Shown: in pieces, positions 8,836 through 19,584 of the stretch
Layout of the letters: each line of letters begins with the position of its first letter
Position numbering within the stretch: position 1 is the stretch's first letter
Origin: Aulosira sp. ZfuVER01
GTDB taxonomy: Bacteria > Cyanobacteriota > Cyanobacteriia > Cyanobacteriales > Nostocaceae
Assembly (NCBI GenBank): GCA_034530615.2
Contig: JAVRCV020000052.1
Location: forward strand, 128,001-192,000
DNA: 64,000 nt
Direction of reading: 5' to 3'
Program-made: the position numbers and the translations under genes
The notes under the pieces: generated by a model
Database searches by the model: none
What the model saw: only the letters and a program-made list of their open reading frames with translations
What the model was told of the DNA's origin: nothing

Positions 8836-9432
8836 CTATTTTGCGCTAACTTTTTTTATAGCAGTATCTACTTGCTTCAGTAATAATTCTAATGCTTGAG
8901 AATTATCTAATACAACATCGGCACGAGCCACTTTTTCTGTAATAGGCATTTGGCTATTGATTCTAGCTTCTGCTTGTTCTTGAGTTAAGTGATTTCGATG
9001 TATTAATCTTTGCAACTGTTGCGACTCAGAACAATGCACTACCCAAATTTCTGTTACTAAATTAGCCATCTGAGCTTCAAATAGCAGAGGTATGACTAAA
9101 ACTAATGTTGGTGCAGAGGTTTCAGCAATTGCTTTGAAAAAGCGATCGCCTACATAAGGATGAATTAAATTCTCTATCCAATTGCGTTCATCTGGACTAG
9201 CAAAAATAATTTCGCCCAGCTTTTGGCGGTTCAAGTTGCCATCTGGAAGTAAAATTTGTGCGCCGTAACGTTGTGCGATCGCGCCCAGAAGAGGCGAACC
9301 TACAGACACTGCATCTCTAGCATAAATATCTGCATCGAAAATCGGCAAATTATAAGCGCTAGCTAAATAGTTAGCGACAGTAGTTTTACCTGTAGCGATA
9401 CCTCCAGTTAAACCGATCAAGCGTTTGGTCAT
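8836..9432 (-). CDS. coaE: Dephospho-CoA kinase
   Basis: IGLTGGIATGKTT P-loop, DADIYAR, IPLLFE, RINSQMP. Confidence 0.95.
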   Translation of the reverse strand: MTKRLIGLTGGIATGKTTVANYLASAYNLPIFDADIYARDAVSVGSPLLGAIAQRYGAQILLPDGNLNRQKLGEIIFASPDERNWIENLIHPYVGDRFFKAIAETSAPTLVLVIPLLFEAQMANLVTEIWVVHCSESQQLQRLIHRNHLTQEQAEARINSQMPITEKVARADVVLDNSQALELLLKQVDTAIKKVSAK

Positions 9433-9462
9433 TTGTCGTTTTTATATGTCATTTTTTCTTTT

Positions 9463-11028
9463 TTAATTGTCATTTATTGCCCATGTAATTAATGCTTGGG
9501 TCAATCCATCTAAAGTATATTCTTCCGCTTCTACATCTACTCTTCGGAGTAAATCGTGACAAGTTTTGGAAGTTTGGGGGCCAATTGAGGCAATACAGAC
9601 TCCTGCTAAGACATCTGAATTGTTGCTGAATTTATTTTCAATCAGTTGACAGAAAAATTGCACAGTTTTAGAACTGGCAAAAGTAATTATATCGACCTCA
9701 TGATTTTGCAGCGCTAATTCTGCGGTTTGGGGGATACTGCTGGGACAACAAGATTGATATGCTGCAACTTCTATCACTTCTGCGCCCTTCGCAGTTAATT
9801 CTTTAACTAAAACTTCTCGTCCACCGCTTTCAACTCTCGGAAATAAAACTTTTTTCCCCGATAGTTCCTCTGGGAATTTTTCTACTAAAGAATCTGCGAC
9901 AAAATTAGGGGGAATAAAATCTGGTTGCAAACCGCGTTTTTTGAGGCTTTGGGCTGTTTTTTCGCCAACCACAGCAATTTTGACATTAGCTAAGGTACGC
10001 GCATCTTTACCTTGTGCAGTTAATCTGTCAAAAAAGTAGTCTACACCATTAGTAGAAGTGAGAATTAACCAGTCAAAGTTAGCTAAATTAGCGATCGCAT
10101 TATCCAACGCTTCCCAACTTGAAGGCGGGCCAATTTCTAAGGTAGGCATTTCAATGACAGTTGCGCCTGCGGCTGAGAGGCGATCGCAAAATTGGCTGGA
10201 CTGTCCAACGGCACGTGTGACTAAGATTGTTTTACCACTGAGAGCTGACATAGTTGAAGGGCTGGAATTTTTATCTGTAGTTAAGTTCGCTGAGGATATT
10301 TTCTCAGGTTGTAGGTAATTCCGTAGCCCGACAACCTCGCCAATGACAATTACAACTGGCGAAAGAGATAAGCCTGCTGTTGTTTCTAAAATATTGCCCA
10401 GTTGATCTATCCAAATTTGTTGATTGGGAGTTCCTGCCCAGCGGATGATGGCAATAGGTGTGAGATGCGATCGCCCTTGTCGCAGCAGCCGATGTACAAT
10501 CTCTGCTAGATGTTGCCCACCCATCAAAATTACTAAAGTTTCTAGCCTTGACAACGCTTCCCAATCTAAAGCATCTGGTTCATGTGCTGTCAACACTGCA
10601 AAACAGCGACTCAAAACCGGATCTGTCAGGGGAATTCCGGCTAATAACGGTGCTGCTAAAGCCGAAGAAATTCCTGGTACAACTTCAAATGCACAGCCAG
10701 ATGACTTCAATGCCTCAATTTCGGCAGTACAGCGCCCAAAGATAAACGGATCGCCTGATTTTAGCCGCACAACTTGTTTGCCCTGCTGGCAATACTTGAC
10801 TAATAACTTATTAATTTCAGCTTGCGGTGTGCTGGGTTTACCACCACGTTTGCCTACATCTAACTTCAAACAATCAAGTGGTACACACTCCAACAATTGC
10901 TCATCTACTAGGGCATCGTATACCAATACCTGAGCTTGCTTTAAGAGATTGTTAGCTTTTACCGTTAGATATGCCACATCTCCTGGCCCAGCACCTACCA
11001 GGTAAACTTTGCCCATTTCTTCAATCAT
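9463..11028 (-). CDS. cobA: Bifunctional uroporphyrinogen-III C-methyltransferase / uroporphyrinogen-III synthase (CobA-HemD fusion)
   Basis: VYLVGAGPGD, RLKSGDPFIFGR, VVPGISS, then HemD domain (ILVTRA, LILTSTNGV, ITFASSKTV, ASIGPQT). Confidence 0.93.
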   Translation of the reverse strand: MIEEMGKVYLVGAGPGDVAYLTVKANNLLKQAQVLVYDALVDEQLLECVPLDCLKLDVGKRGGKPSTPQAEINKLLVKYCQQGKQVVRLKSGDPFIFGRCTAEIEALKSSGCAFEVVPGISSALAAPLLAGIPLTDPVLSRCFAVLTAHEPDALDWEALSRLETLVILMGGQHLAEIVHRLLRQGRSHLTPIAIIRWAGTPNQQIWIDQLGNILETTAGLSLSPVVIVIGEVVGLRNYLQPEKISSANLTTDKNSSPSTMSALSGKTILVTRAVGQSSQFCDRLSAAGATVIEMPTLEIGPPSSWEALDNAIANLANFDWLILTSTNGVDYFFDRLTAQGKDARTLANVKIAVVGEKTAQSLKKRGLQPDFIPPNFVADSLVEKFPEELSGKKVLFPRVESGGREVLVKELTAKGAEVIEVAAYQSCCPSSIPQTAELALQNHEVDIITFASSKTVQFFCQLIENKFSNNSDVLAGVCIASIGPQTSKTCHDLLRRVDVEAEEYTLDGLTQALITWAINDN

Positions 11029-11104
11029 TTACTTAAATTTATTTGTGATTTTTCTAAAATATGAAACTGAGATACTTGCATTTATTTAAATATTAAATTT
11101 TGAT

Positions 11105-11160
11105 TTCGTAGTCAGCATTTTAGTGCTGTCAAATCTAGGACTAAAGTCCTGACTACGAAC
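11105..11160. repeat. Structured dispersed repeat with an 11-bp terminal inverted repeat and an inner AGGACTAAAGTCCT hairpin
   Basis: TTCGTAGTCAG...CTGACTACGAA; a partial second copy lies at 20091-20132. Confidence 0.65.
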
Positions 11161-11181
11161 TTAATTTACCCCTGAATATTG

Positions 11182-11649
11182 TTAATTTGATTTAGCATTC
11201 ATTTTATCGAGAATACTGGTAATTTTCTCAGCCTTTTCCGGTTGACGTTGTTTCTGCAATAAATCTCTAGCTATTTGCAGGTTAGTTTTAACTGCTTCTT
11301 TCTGTTCTTGCTGCATCATTAAATTGGCTAAACGCAAGTAAGCTTGAGGGTTTTTAGGACTGCGCTGAATTACGTCTTCAAACCATTCTTGTCCCTCCTC
11401 AACTTTGCCTTGCTCCTTTAACACATCTCCTAACAGCAACCGAACCATATCATTGGTCGAGTTAAGAGAAATCACTTTCCGAAAAGCCGCTTCTGCACCT
11501 TCATAATCTTGCTGTTGGTAAAGATTAACACCTTTTTGGAAAAAGTTTGAGGTAATCAAAGTTTTCCCAGCAAAATAAATGAGTAAAACAATACTGGAAA
11601 CTACGACAACAATGGCAACAATATCATTAGTGTGAAAGGTTTCTAGCAT
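11182..11649 (-). CDS. Membrane-anchored TPR protein
   Basis: N-terminal TM helix, then TPR-like helices (GVNLYQQQDYEGAEAAFRKVI, PQAYLRLANL). Confidence 0.8.
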   Translation of the reverse strand: MLETFHTNDIVAIVVVVSSIVLLIYFAGKTLITSNFFQKGVNLYQQQDYEGAEAAFRKVISLNSTNDMVRLLLGDVLKEQGKVEEGQEWFEDVIQRSPKNPQAYLRLANLMMQQEQKEAVKTNLQIARDLLQKQRQPEKAEKITSILDKMNAKSN

Positions 11650-11653
11650 TTTT

Positions 11654-12586
11654 TTAAGCCAAAAGACAGGCGATGGGAAAAATCAGATATTCAATGAAAA
11701 ACAGTTTCCAGATAAATTGGTAAAACTGAGCGATCGCACGTTTTTCTTGTAAGTCTACTGCCAAACTGCGCACCCACATCAAACACAGCAATACTAGATG
11801 AGTAATTACTAAGAATAGAGCGTTAACAGCGGCTATGTGTAACACACCCACTAAAATCATCCCCAAATAGCAAACAGTTAACACCCAAAGTGCCAGATTA
11901 AAGACTGTTCGCGGCCCGAGTTGGATAGTCAAAGTATTGATATTGTACAAGCGATCGCCTTCCATATCGGGGACATCTTTAAAGATAGCGATCGCAAATG
12001 TAAACACCAAAATAAACACCGTCAGCACCCAAACCGACGGTGGAATTGACGTGTTTTGTTGTAATAGCCAACTAAAGTGCAAAAATAACCCTAAATTAAC
12101 AATCGTTCCCCTTACTGAAAAAATGCAGAAAGCTGCCCAAAAAGGAAAACGCTTCAAACGAATTGGTGGTAAAGAATAAGCAGTCCCAAGTGCTAGACTA
12201 ATAGCCACCATCCCCAATAAAAAAGGGCCATTCAGCCAAGCTACAACTAGTGCCAAAACACCAGTAATTGCAACAATTAATTGCCCTTGGATTTTAGAAA
12301 ATGCCCCTGATGCCAGTGGGAGATGAGGCTTATTAATCTTGTCAATCTCAATATCTTCGAGTTGATTCAGTCCCACAATATAAACATTGCCACACAAACA
12401 GGCAATCCAAGCTCCCAAGACAGGTATCAGGGAAAAATGACGATTGCCTACAGCAATAGCAATCAAATACAAAGCCAAGACACTTAAACTCGTGCCAATA
12501 ATTGTATGTGGACGAGAAAATTGCCAAAAAGCATAAAACCAGCGACCCCACACACTCAAAGACTTTTGTCTAGAAAACTGATTCAT
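11654..12586 (-). CDS. Homogentisate phytyltransferase (UbiA family, tocopherol synthesis)
   Basis: FSRPHTIIGT, GLNQLEDIEIDKINKPHLPLASG, KDVPDMEGD, FYQFIWKLF. Confidence 0.93.
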   Translation of the reverse strand: MNQFSRQKSLSVWGRWFYAFWQFSRPHTIIGTSLSVLALYLIAIAVGNRHFSLIPVLGAWIACLCGNVYIVGLNQLEDIEIDKINKPHLPLASGAFSKIQGQLIVAITGVLALVVAWLNGPFLLGMVAISLALGTAYSLPPIRLKRFPFWAAFCIFSVRGTIVNLGLFLHFSWLLQQNTSIPPSVWVLTVFILVFTFAIAIFKDVPDMEGDRLYNINTLTIQLGPRTVFNLALWVLTVCYLGMILVGVLHIAAVNALFLVITHLVLLCLMWVRSLAVDLQEKRAIAQFYQFIWKLFFIEYLIFPIACLLA

Positions 12587-12589
12587 GCT

Positions 12590-13432
12590 CTACTTATTCC
12601 CGCACAACAACCCAAACCGAATCAAGCCACGCTGATAACCTCGACGCATCAAACCTAGTGATAGCGCCCCAACAATCGTCGTCCAGCCGGAAGTTAGTAA
12701 CCCCCAAATCGCTTTGGGAGTAAATGCCGAATCAATCACAAAATCCCAAAATGGCGCAACAGCAGTTGACCAATCGGCAGTACGAATATTTTGTAAGGGA
12801 AGTTGAGATGCGATCGCGGTATACTCTGGCAACGAAATCACATAAGGTAAACAATACACTTGATAAATTTCTTGCAAGTGTTTTTGTTCATCCTCTGTCA
12901 ATGGAGAGTTGTCAATCGGGCGATGACACCAAGTCACCATAATCAACTTGCCACCAGGTTTCAGCACTCGGTAGCACTCCTGCATAAACTTGGTTTTATC
13001 TGGCATATGTTCGCCACTTTCCAAAGACCAAACCAAGTCAAAAGTATTGTCATCAAAAGGCATTGCTTGCGCATCTACGACCAAGAATTGACTTCTATGG
13101 CTTAAATTAAGCTCTTGGGCACGTTCTGTGGCTCTAGTCGCTTGTACTGGACTCAGAGTAATCCCCGTTGCCCTAGCATGAAACTTTTCTGCTAGGTACA
13201 GAGAACTACCGCCAATACCACAGCCTACATCCAAGATATTTTCCGCTGTTGTTACCCCTGCCCAATTAAGCAGTTCTTCGATTAAATCAATTTGAGCTTG
13301 TCGGCGGTCTTTTTTTTGCGTCCCATCTGGCCCGTAGTAGCCATGATGCATGTGTTCGCCCCAAATGTCTTCCCAAAGACCAGAGGAGGCATCGTAAAAC
13401 TGCTGGATTTTTTGGTAAAGTATTGCACTCAT
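12590..13432 (-). CDS. Gamma-tocopherol methyltransferase (SAM-dependent)
   Basis: FYDASSGLWEDIWGEHMHHGYY, LDVGCGIGGS, WSLESGEHMPDK; adjacent to the phytyltransferase. Confidence 0.88.
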   Translation of the reverse strand: MSAILYQKIQQFYDASSGLWEDIWGEHMHHGYYGPDGTQKKDRRQAQIDLIEELLNWAGVTTAENILDVGCGIGGSSLYLAEKFHARATGITLSPVQATRATERAQELNLSHRSQFLVVDAQAMPFDDNTFDLVWSLESGEHMPDKTKFMQECYRVLKPGGKLIMVTWCHRPIDNSPLTEDEQKHLQEIYQVYCLPYVISLPEYTAIASQLPLQNIRTADWSTAVAPFWDFVIDSAFTPKAIWGLLTSGWTTIVGALSLGLMRRGYQRGLIRFGLLCGNK

Positions 13433-13583
13433 GAAGAAAGCAGTGTTAAGACAAAGCAGAATTTAAATAAACATATTCGTAGGCTACCATGTGTGTTTTT
13501 AATTAAATAAGGGTGTTTTGGATTTTAGAGAAGGTAAACCCCATGCATACCCCCTTCGCAAAATTTATGAATCTTACCTTGGT

Positions 13584-14918
13584 ATGACTGTTTCTCGCAC
13601 AATTTGTTTAGGGTTTTTAGCTGTCATCACTGTAGGAACTATCCTACTGATGTTGCCTTTTTCTACTACTAGTGGTAATTGGAACGACCCAATTGTGGCG
13701 TTATTCACTTCAACATCCGCAGTTTGTGTTACTGGGTTATCGGTAGTCGATCCTGGCACTTATTTTTCCTTTTGGGGTCAGTTTTTTATTGCGCTATTGG
13801 TTCAAATAGGTGGTTTGGGCTACATGACAACTACCACTTTTTTGATTTTGCTCATTGGGCGCAAGTTTGACTTGCGAGACAAAATTGCAATTCAACAAGC
13901 TTTAGATCGACCAGGGATGAGTGGTAGTGCCCAAGTGATTCGCTCGATTATTGCCACTACCCTAATTTTTGAAATCACTGGAGTGTTTTTACTCCTACCA
14001 GCATTTGTGCCAGATCATGGTTGGAACAAAGGACTCTGGTTGGCGATTTTCCATAGTGTTAATTCTTGGAATAATGCAGGTTTTAGCCTTTTCAAGGATA
14101 ATTTAATTGGCTATCAGTCATCATTACTCGTAGTATTCACAGTTACAACATTAATTATTTTTGGGGGCATTGGTTATCAGGTAATTTTAGAAATGTACCT
14201 CTGGTTACGCGATCGCATCTTCAAAAAAATAGCCTGCCAAGTATTTTCACTAGATTTTAAAGTTGCTACTAGCACAACATTATTACTTTTATTTGTTGGA
14301 ACTCTTGCCTTTTTATCAATCGAGTTTAGAAACCCTGAAACTTTTGGAGGAATGAATTTACGCGACCAATTATTATTAGCTTGGTTTCAATCTGTTACTC
14401 CTAGAACTGCTGGTTTTAACACCATTGATATTGGTAAAATGACAACTGCTGGTTTATTTATCACTATTGCACTGATGTTTATTGGTGCAAGTCCAGGCGG
14501 GACAGGCGGTGGTATGAAAACCACAACATTGAGAATTCTCACCAGTTGTACCCAATCAATTCTCCAAGGGAAAGAAGAAGTTTTATTATATGAGCGTAAA
14601 ATCGCAATCAATCTAATTTTGAAAGCTGTGGGTGTGTTAGTTGGTTCTGTAGCGCTCGTGATTTTGTCTACAATTTTAATTGCCCTGACAGATCCAAATT
14701 TAGATTTTATTCAAATTTTGTTTGAAGTAGTATCAGCCTTTGCTACAGTTGGTCTTTCAACTGGTATTACAGGAAGTGTCTCCACTGCTGCCAAGCTAAT
14801 ATTAATTCTCACAATGTATATTGGACGGGTTGGTGTTTTACTCCTCATGTCTGCTATATTAGGCGACCCACGCCCAACCCGAATTCACTACCCCGAAGAA
14901 AACTTGTTAGTGGGATAA
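13584..14918 (+). CDS. ktrB: Ktr/Trk potassium uptake membrane subunit (KtrB/TrkH family)
   Basis: FTSTSAVCVTGL, SWNNAGFSL, PRTAGFNT, GGTGGGMKTTT, SAFATVGLSTG. Confidence 0.9.
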   Translation: MTVSRTICLGFLAVITVGTILLMLPFSTTSGNWNDPIVALFTSTSAVCVTGLSVVDPGTYFSFWGQFFIALLVQIGGLGYMTTTTFLILLIGRKFDLRDKIAIQQALDRPGMSGSAQVIRSIIATTLIFEITGVFLLLPAFVPDHGWNKGLWLAIFHSVNSWNNAGFSLFKDNLIGYQSSLLVVFTVTTLIIFGGIGYQVILEMYLWLRDRIFKKIACQVFSLDFKVATSTTLLLLFVGTLAFLSIEFRNPETFGGMNLRDQLLLAWFQSVTPRTAGFNTIDIGKMTTAGLFITIALMFIGASPGGTGGGMKTTTLRILTSCTQSILQGKEEVLLYERKIAINLILKAVGVLVGSVALVILSTILIALTDPNLDFIQILFEVVSAFATVGLSTGITGSVSTAAKLILILTMYIGRVGVLLLMSAILGDPRPTRIHYPEENLLVG

Positions 14919-15065
14919 ACATAGTCAATATATTAATACCGAGATGATAATAACATTCAATAAATAACCTGATAAAATTTACACTGATAGGCAAAACTAG
15001 ATTTTTGTTTATCAGTGTATTTTTTATGCCCTAAATCCAGGGAGCGCTATTTAAGGATAAAACTT

Positions 15066-15761
15066 GTGAATCTTTCAGCATTAAGCTTTTTTCGCAGTTT
15101 ACGTAAAGATAACCATCAATTTGCAGTAGTTGGTTTAGGTCGTTTTGGTCGCTCTGTATCTTCTACACTGCATAGATTAGGTTATGAAGTATTAGCAACA
15201 GATATTGATGAAAAGCGAGTATCTGAAGCATTGACGGATCAGATAGTTGGTCATGCTTTGCAGTTAGACTCTACAGAACCTGCTGCACTGAAAGAAGCAG
15301 GAATTTTTGAATTTGATACAGTTATCGTGGCAATTGGTAACTATGTTCAAGAAAGTATTATCACTACTTTAAATGTCAAAGAGGGGGGTGTACCCCATGT
15401 AGTGGCTAAAGCTTCTAGCGAAGTTCACCAAAAGCTGTTGAAACGAGTGGGTGCAGATCATGTTGTTTTCCCAGAATACGAAGCAGGTTGTGCCCTTGCA
15501 CGCACACTCACCAAACCATCAATCATAGAGCGATTTGACCTCGATCCAGACAACAGTATTGTAGAGTTGATTGTCCCTGATGAATTTCACGGTAGAACTA
15601 TTACTGAACTCCAACTGCGTAACCGCTATGGGGTGAATTTGGTGGCAATGAGTCAGGATGGTAAATTTGTCATTAATCCTGACCCAACTAAACGTCTACA
15701 GCGTGGTTCAGCGATGGTAGTTATTGGCCACAACAAAGATATTAATCGCTTGCCAATTTGA
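15066..15761 (+). CDS. ktrA: Ktr/Trk NAD-binding regulatory subunit (KtrA/TrkA family)
   Basis: FAVVGLGRFG RCK-N domain, GADHVVFPE, RCK-C domain; directly after ktrB; GTG start assumed. Confidence 0.9.
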   Translation: MNLSALSFFRSLRKDNHQFAVVGLGRFGRSVSSTLHRLGYEVLATDIDEKRVSEALTDQIVGHALQLDSTEPAALKEAGIFEFDTVIVAIGNYVQESIITTLNVKEGGVPHVVAKASSEVHQKLLKRVGADHVVFPEYEAGCALARTLTKPSIIERFDLDPDNSIVELIVPDEFHGRTITELQLRNRYGVNLVAMSQDGKFVINPDPTKRLQRGSAMVVIGHNKDINRLPI

Positions 15762-15903
15762 TCTCTAACCTAGCTCTTGATGAGCGATCGCGTCTGGAAT
15801 TTCTTCAACAGAAATCACATATTTGAATCTTCCACCCACAAAAACGAAAAAATACGTCCAAGCTAATCTTGAACGTATTTTAATTGGCAGCTAAAGCTAA
15901 ATC

Positions 15904-17100
15904 TTAAAGGGGATTCATGGAAGTAGGTTGTGGTTCCAAAACTGGAACATAGCCAGGATCTTCTTGCGCGGCTTGCGGAACTTCTACTTGATTTGGCTGT
16001 TGTGCCTCAGTTGGTTTGAATATGATAGTTCTAGTGCTTGCAGCCGCAGCAGGAGTCGCTCGTTCCCTAGCTTGAGCTTGCCGCGCTGCTTCTTTTTGGG
16101 CAATTTGCAGCATTAAAGAATCAATTTTATCGGTTTGTGCGATGTTGCTTTGTCCTTGATACTCTTGACGGGCACGTTTCAAGGCGCTGTTAGCTTCTTT
16201 GATATGGCCTTGATTGTATAAAGTCACTCCCAAATTGTAGAAAGCCAAAGCATTTTTAGGATTCTGACGCACAGCTTGCTGGTAAACAGCAATCGCCTCA
16301 GATGTTTGACCTTGCATTACCATCAAACTGCCCAAGTTGTTGTAAGCTGTGGCATTTTCAGGATCTCGTTGTAAGGCTTGTTGATAAGCAGCGATCGCTT
16401 CTGGAAGTTGACCTTGCTGTTGTAGGGCGATCGCTAAATTAAAATAAGCATTGGCATTACTGCCATTAAGATTAAGTGCCTGCTGATAAGCAGCGATCGC
16501 TTCTTGGATTTGTCCTTGTTCGTAAAGTGCCAATCCTAGGTTATATTGGGCTGCTGCCATTGTTGGATCTATCACCAGGCTTTGGCGATAAGCGGTAATC
16601 GCTGCTTCTCTTTGACCTTGTTGGTGCAACGCTAACCCTAAGTTGTAATAAGCCTCGCCGTAATTAGGATTTATCCTAATTGCCTCTGCATACTCTTGTG
16701 CTGCAACATCCAAGCGGTTTTGTTGTAAAAGAATATTGCCCAAGTAATTCCGTGCTATTGCCAGATTAGAGTCTCGTCGCAAGGCTTCGCGGAAGGCATA
16801 TTCTGCGCCTTGTAAGTCTTGGCGGTTATAGCGCATAAATCCCTGCTGGAAAAAGCTAGCTGCATCCAGATCCTTACTGACAACGTTCTGGGCTAAGAGC
16901 TTGCTTCCTGGTAAATTAATTATTGTGGGTGCAGCTAATACCAAAAATGCAACGGAAGTGGAAAGCAACTGCCGATGAGCACTCCGATGCTGCGCTACTT
17001 GAGAAAAACTGCGAAACCACTGGCGAAGTTGATGTTGGTTAAACATGAGTGGCAGGCCTGTACTTATTGTTAGATCCTTATAAGTCAGAGTACCCACCAC
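15904..17100 (-). CDS. TPR repeat protein, probably exported
   Basis: Several 34-aa TPRs (AYYNLGLAL, AQYNLGLAL, AYFNLAIAL, AYNNLGSL); hydrophobic N-terminal segment; start uncertain (alternative ATG at 17046). Confidence 0.85.
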   Translation of the reverse strand: MVGTLTYKDLTISTGLPLMFNQHQLRQWFRSFSQVAQHRSAHRQLLSTSVAFLVLAAPTIINLPGSKLLAQNVVSKDLDAASFFQQGFMRYNRQDLQGAEYAFREALRRDSNLAIARNYLGNILLQQNRLDVAAQEYAEAIRINPNYGEAYYNLGLALHQQGQREAAITAYRQSLVIDPTMAAAQYNLGLALYEQGQIQEAIAAYQQALNLNGSNANAYFNLAIALQQQGQLPEAIAAYQQALQRDPENATAYNNLGSLMVMQGQTSEAIAVYQQAVRQNPKNALAFYNLGVTLYNQGHIKEANSALKRARQEYQGQSNIAQTDKIDSLMLQIAQKEAARQAQARERATPAAAASTRTIIFKPTEAQQPNQVEVPQAAQEDPGYVPVLEPQPTSMNPL

Positions 17101-17133
17101 AACATGAAAAATTAAAAGTCAAATTTAAAGATT

Positions 17134-18369
17134 TTAAATACTTGACTCAGAACTTGAACCTGTTACCGCTTCTGGCAAAATTAACATCGCATCCCCGAAA
17201 GAATAGAAACGATATCGAGCAGCGATCGCTTCTTGGTATATCTTTAACAATCTTTCCCTACCAATCAAAGCACTTACCAGCATTAATAAACTAGAGCGTG
17301 GCAAGTGAAAATTAGTAATTAGACCATCCACTACCCGCCATTGGTAGCCAGGGTAGATGAATAAGTCTGTCTTACCACAAAATGGTTGTAAATTCCCAGA
17401 TTGCGCCGCCCCTTCTAAAGCTCTGACTGCTGTTGTACCCACAGCAATAATCCGACCACCTGCTGCTTTAGTAGCCTCGATCTGCTCTACTGTGGAGGCG
17501 GGAACTTCAATCCATTCTTCATGCATTTGGTGGCTAGTGACATCTTCCACTTCCACAGGGCGAAATGTTCCTACACCAACGTGCAGTGTAATAAAAGCTT
17601 GATTAATGCCGCGATCGCGCAACTTTTCGAGTAATTCTGGAGTAAAGTGTAACCCCGCCGTTGGTGCTGCGATCGCTCCGGGATATTTAGCATAAACAGT
17701 CTGATACTGTTCGTCATCAGCTTCCGATGCAGTGATATAGGGCGGTAAAGGTACTTCACCAAATACATCCAACAATTGCACCAAAGAAACTCCCTCTGGC
17801 AGTTCAAATTGTAATAGCCGCCCCCCAGTCGCCTTATCCGTTGCGAGTACAGTAGCTGTGAGAGATGAGGGAGACTCGGAGAGGGGGAGACGCGGAGACG
17901 AGGTGAAAGAATTCCCCGCGTCCCCGCGTCTCCATGTCCCCGCGTCCTCTGCTCCCCCTACTCCCCTTCCCCTTGGCTCAAAAATAATTTTCGCTCCCCG
18001 TTTGAAGCGTTTTCCTGGCTTGACTAAAGCCAACCAACAGTTATACTGTTGTTCCTCTAGCAATAACACCTCAATTTCCGCACCAGTAGATTTACGGCCA
18101 TAAAGTCGAGCCGGAATAACTTTTGTGTTATTCATTATCAGTAAATCTCCGGATCGTAAAATTTCTGGCAGATCGCGGAAAATATGGTGTATACTTCGGG
18201 GATTTACTACTAGTAACCGAGAGCTATCTCTAGGTAATACTGGATTTTGGGCTATGAGTTCGGGCGGAAGTTCGTAGTCATAACCAGCTAATGAACAGTC
18301 TAAGTTCACATTTTCTACCCCTAGGTTCGAGGTATGGTTTAAATTGGCTTGTGTTAGTTGTTGCTTCAT
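17134..18369 (-). CDS. queA: S-adenosylmethionine:tRNA ribosyltransferase-isomerase
   Basis: [66 protein letters not shown]; has a repeat-derived insertion. Confidence 0.96.
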   Translation of the reverse strand: MKQQLTQANLNHTSNLGVENVNLDCSLAGYDYELPPELIAQNPVLPRDSSRLLVVNPRSIHHIFRDLPEILRSGDLLIMNNTKVIPARLYGRKSTGAEIEVLLLEEQQYNCWLALVKPGKRFKRGAKIIFEPRGRGVGGAEDAGTWRRGDAGNSFTSSPRLPLSESPSSLTATVLATDKATGGRLLQFELPEGVSLVQLLDVFGEVPLPPYITASEADDEQYQTVYAKYPGAIAAPTAGLHFTPELLEKLRDRGINQAFITLHVGVGTFRPVEVEDVTSHQMHEEWIEVPASTVEQIEATKAAGGRIIAVGTTAVRALEGAAQSGNLQPFCGKTDLFIYPGYQWRVVDGLITNFHLPRSSLLMLVSALIGRERLLKIYQEAIAARYRFYSFGDAMLILPEAVTGSSSESSI

Positions 18370-18609
18370 TGAGATTGAGTCTGCCTTCAATCAACCTGTT
18401 TGAGCTTTTCTGATTTATCAAGCTCAAGGGGATCGCTGCTCGATTTAATTCCTTGATTTTAAGATTGATAGTATTACGTAACACGGAACCCCCAACATAA
18501 AAATTGGGTAAACCTCCCTATCTAAAAACGGGGGCTTTTACCCTACCGGGATCTGGCATTTATTGACGAATATATAAATGTAGGATTGGCTTTGATCCCA
18601 AGCACCAAC

Positions 18610-18999
18610 ATGGAATACTTGTATTACCTGGCAAATGCCAGTCTAACACTGAGGGTCGTTCAATACCTGCATGGCAGACCCCAGATGCCCGTTTCCTTCG
18701 TCACCGTAATTCATCAAATAGATGGCTGGGTGGTGAGGATCAAACTCAAAGGTCAAGTCTCGCCTCAGGTTGACGGTGACTTTCGAGCTTTTCTTAATGA
18801 ATTAGGAATCAGCTACGAACCACCCATGCGGGTACAAATGGCACTTTGGAGTTTGGAAGCTGGACAGTGTCCTGTAGACGTAATGCGTCGCTACCAAGTA
18901 GCTATCGTTTCTCATGGTAGCCCCGAAAGAGAAGAAATTGAGGCATTCCGACAACAGTTTGTTCGCGGATTAGGTTACTGTCCCGAAACATTGGCGTAA
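18610..18999 (+). CDS. Conserved cyanobacterial hypothetical protein
   Basis: MEYLYYLANASLTLRVV...FRQQFVRGLGYCPETLA; typical coding composition. Confidence 0.75.
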   Translation: MEYLYYLANASLTLRVVQYLHGRPQMPVSFVTVIHQIDGWVVRIKLKGQVSPQVDGDFRAFLNELGISYEPPMRVQMALWSLEAGQCPVDVMRRYQVAIVSHGSPEREEIEAFRQQFVRGLGYCPETLA

Positions 19000-19086
19000 T
19001 GACCTTTGGCTTTAAGACTGTGGCAAAATAATTTGGTAATTGGTTGTTAGTAACTAGAGATTGTATCTATAAATACTAGTGACCAA

Positions 19087-19569
19087 TTACGTGTTATCAA
19101 CTACAGAGTCAAAAGCGGCAGGAATGTATTCTTGTAGTTGTAACTCGTAACCATCTACTAATGAACTGGCTAGGGCTTTCTGTGTAAATTTTCTTTCAGA
19201 GAAATTTTTTGCTACCCTCTGACAGGAAACAATAGCAACATCAAATCGGCATGGGTAATCTGCCTTTTCGGGGTAATTAGCTAAAAACATCTCAGCAGTA
19301 CGCCAAAGCTTTGCTTGTTTTTTGGCAGTGATAGCACTTCTTCCCCCGGAATCCCAATTACCTGGACTGCGAGTTTTGACTTCCACAAATGCCAAGGTTG
19401 AGTCTTGAGTGACTCGGCCATCATATTGGGCAATAATATCGATTTCTCCCCAACGAGAATAAAAGCGCTGATGGAGTATTAACCAACCTGTAGATTGCAG
19501 CCATTGTGCTACTAGGTCTTCACCTAAGTCACCAATGTCGGGATAATGAGATGCAGGAGGGTTCGCCAT
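19087..19569 (-). CDS. yraN: YraN/UPF0102 family putative endonuclease
   Basis: GDLGEDLVAQWL, GEIDIIA, LAFVEVKTR, CRFDVA. Confidence 0.9.
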   Translation of the reverse strand: MANPPASHYPDIGDLGEDLVAQWLQSTGWLILHQRFYSRWGEIDIIAQYDGRVTQDSTLAFVEVKTRSPGNWDSGGRSAITAKKQAKLWRTAEMFLANYPEKADYPCRFDVAIVSCQRVAKNFSERKFTQKALASSLVDGYELQLQEYIPAAFDSVVDNT

Positions 19570-19584
19570 TGGCTAAAAATTTTT

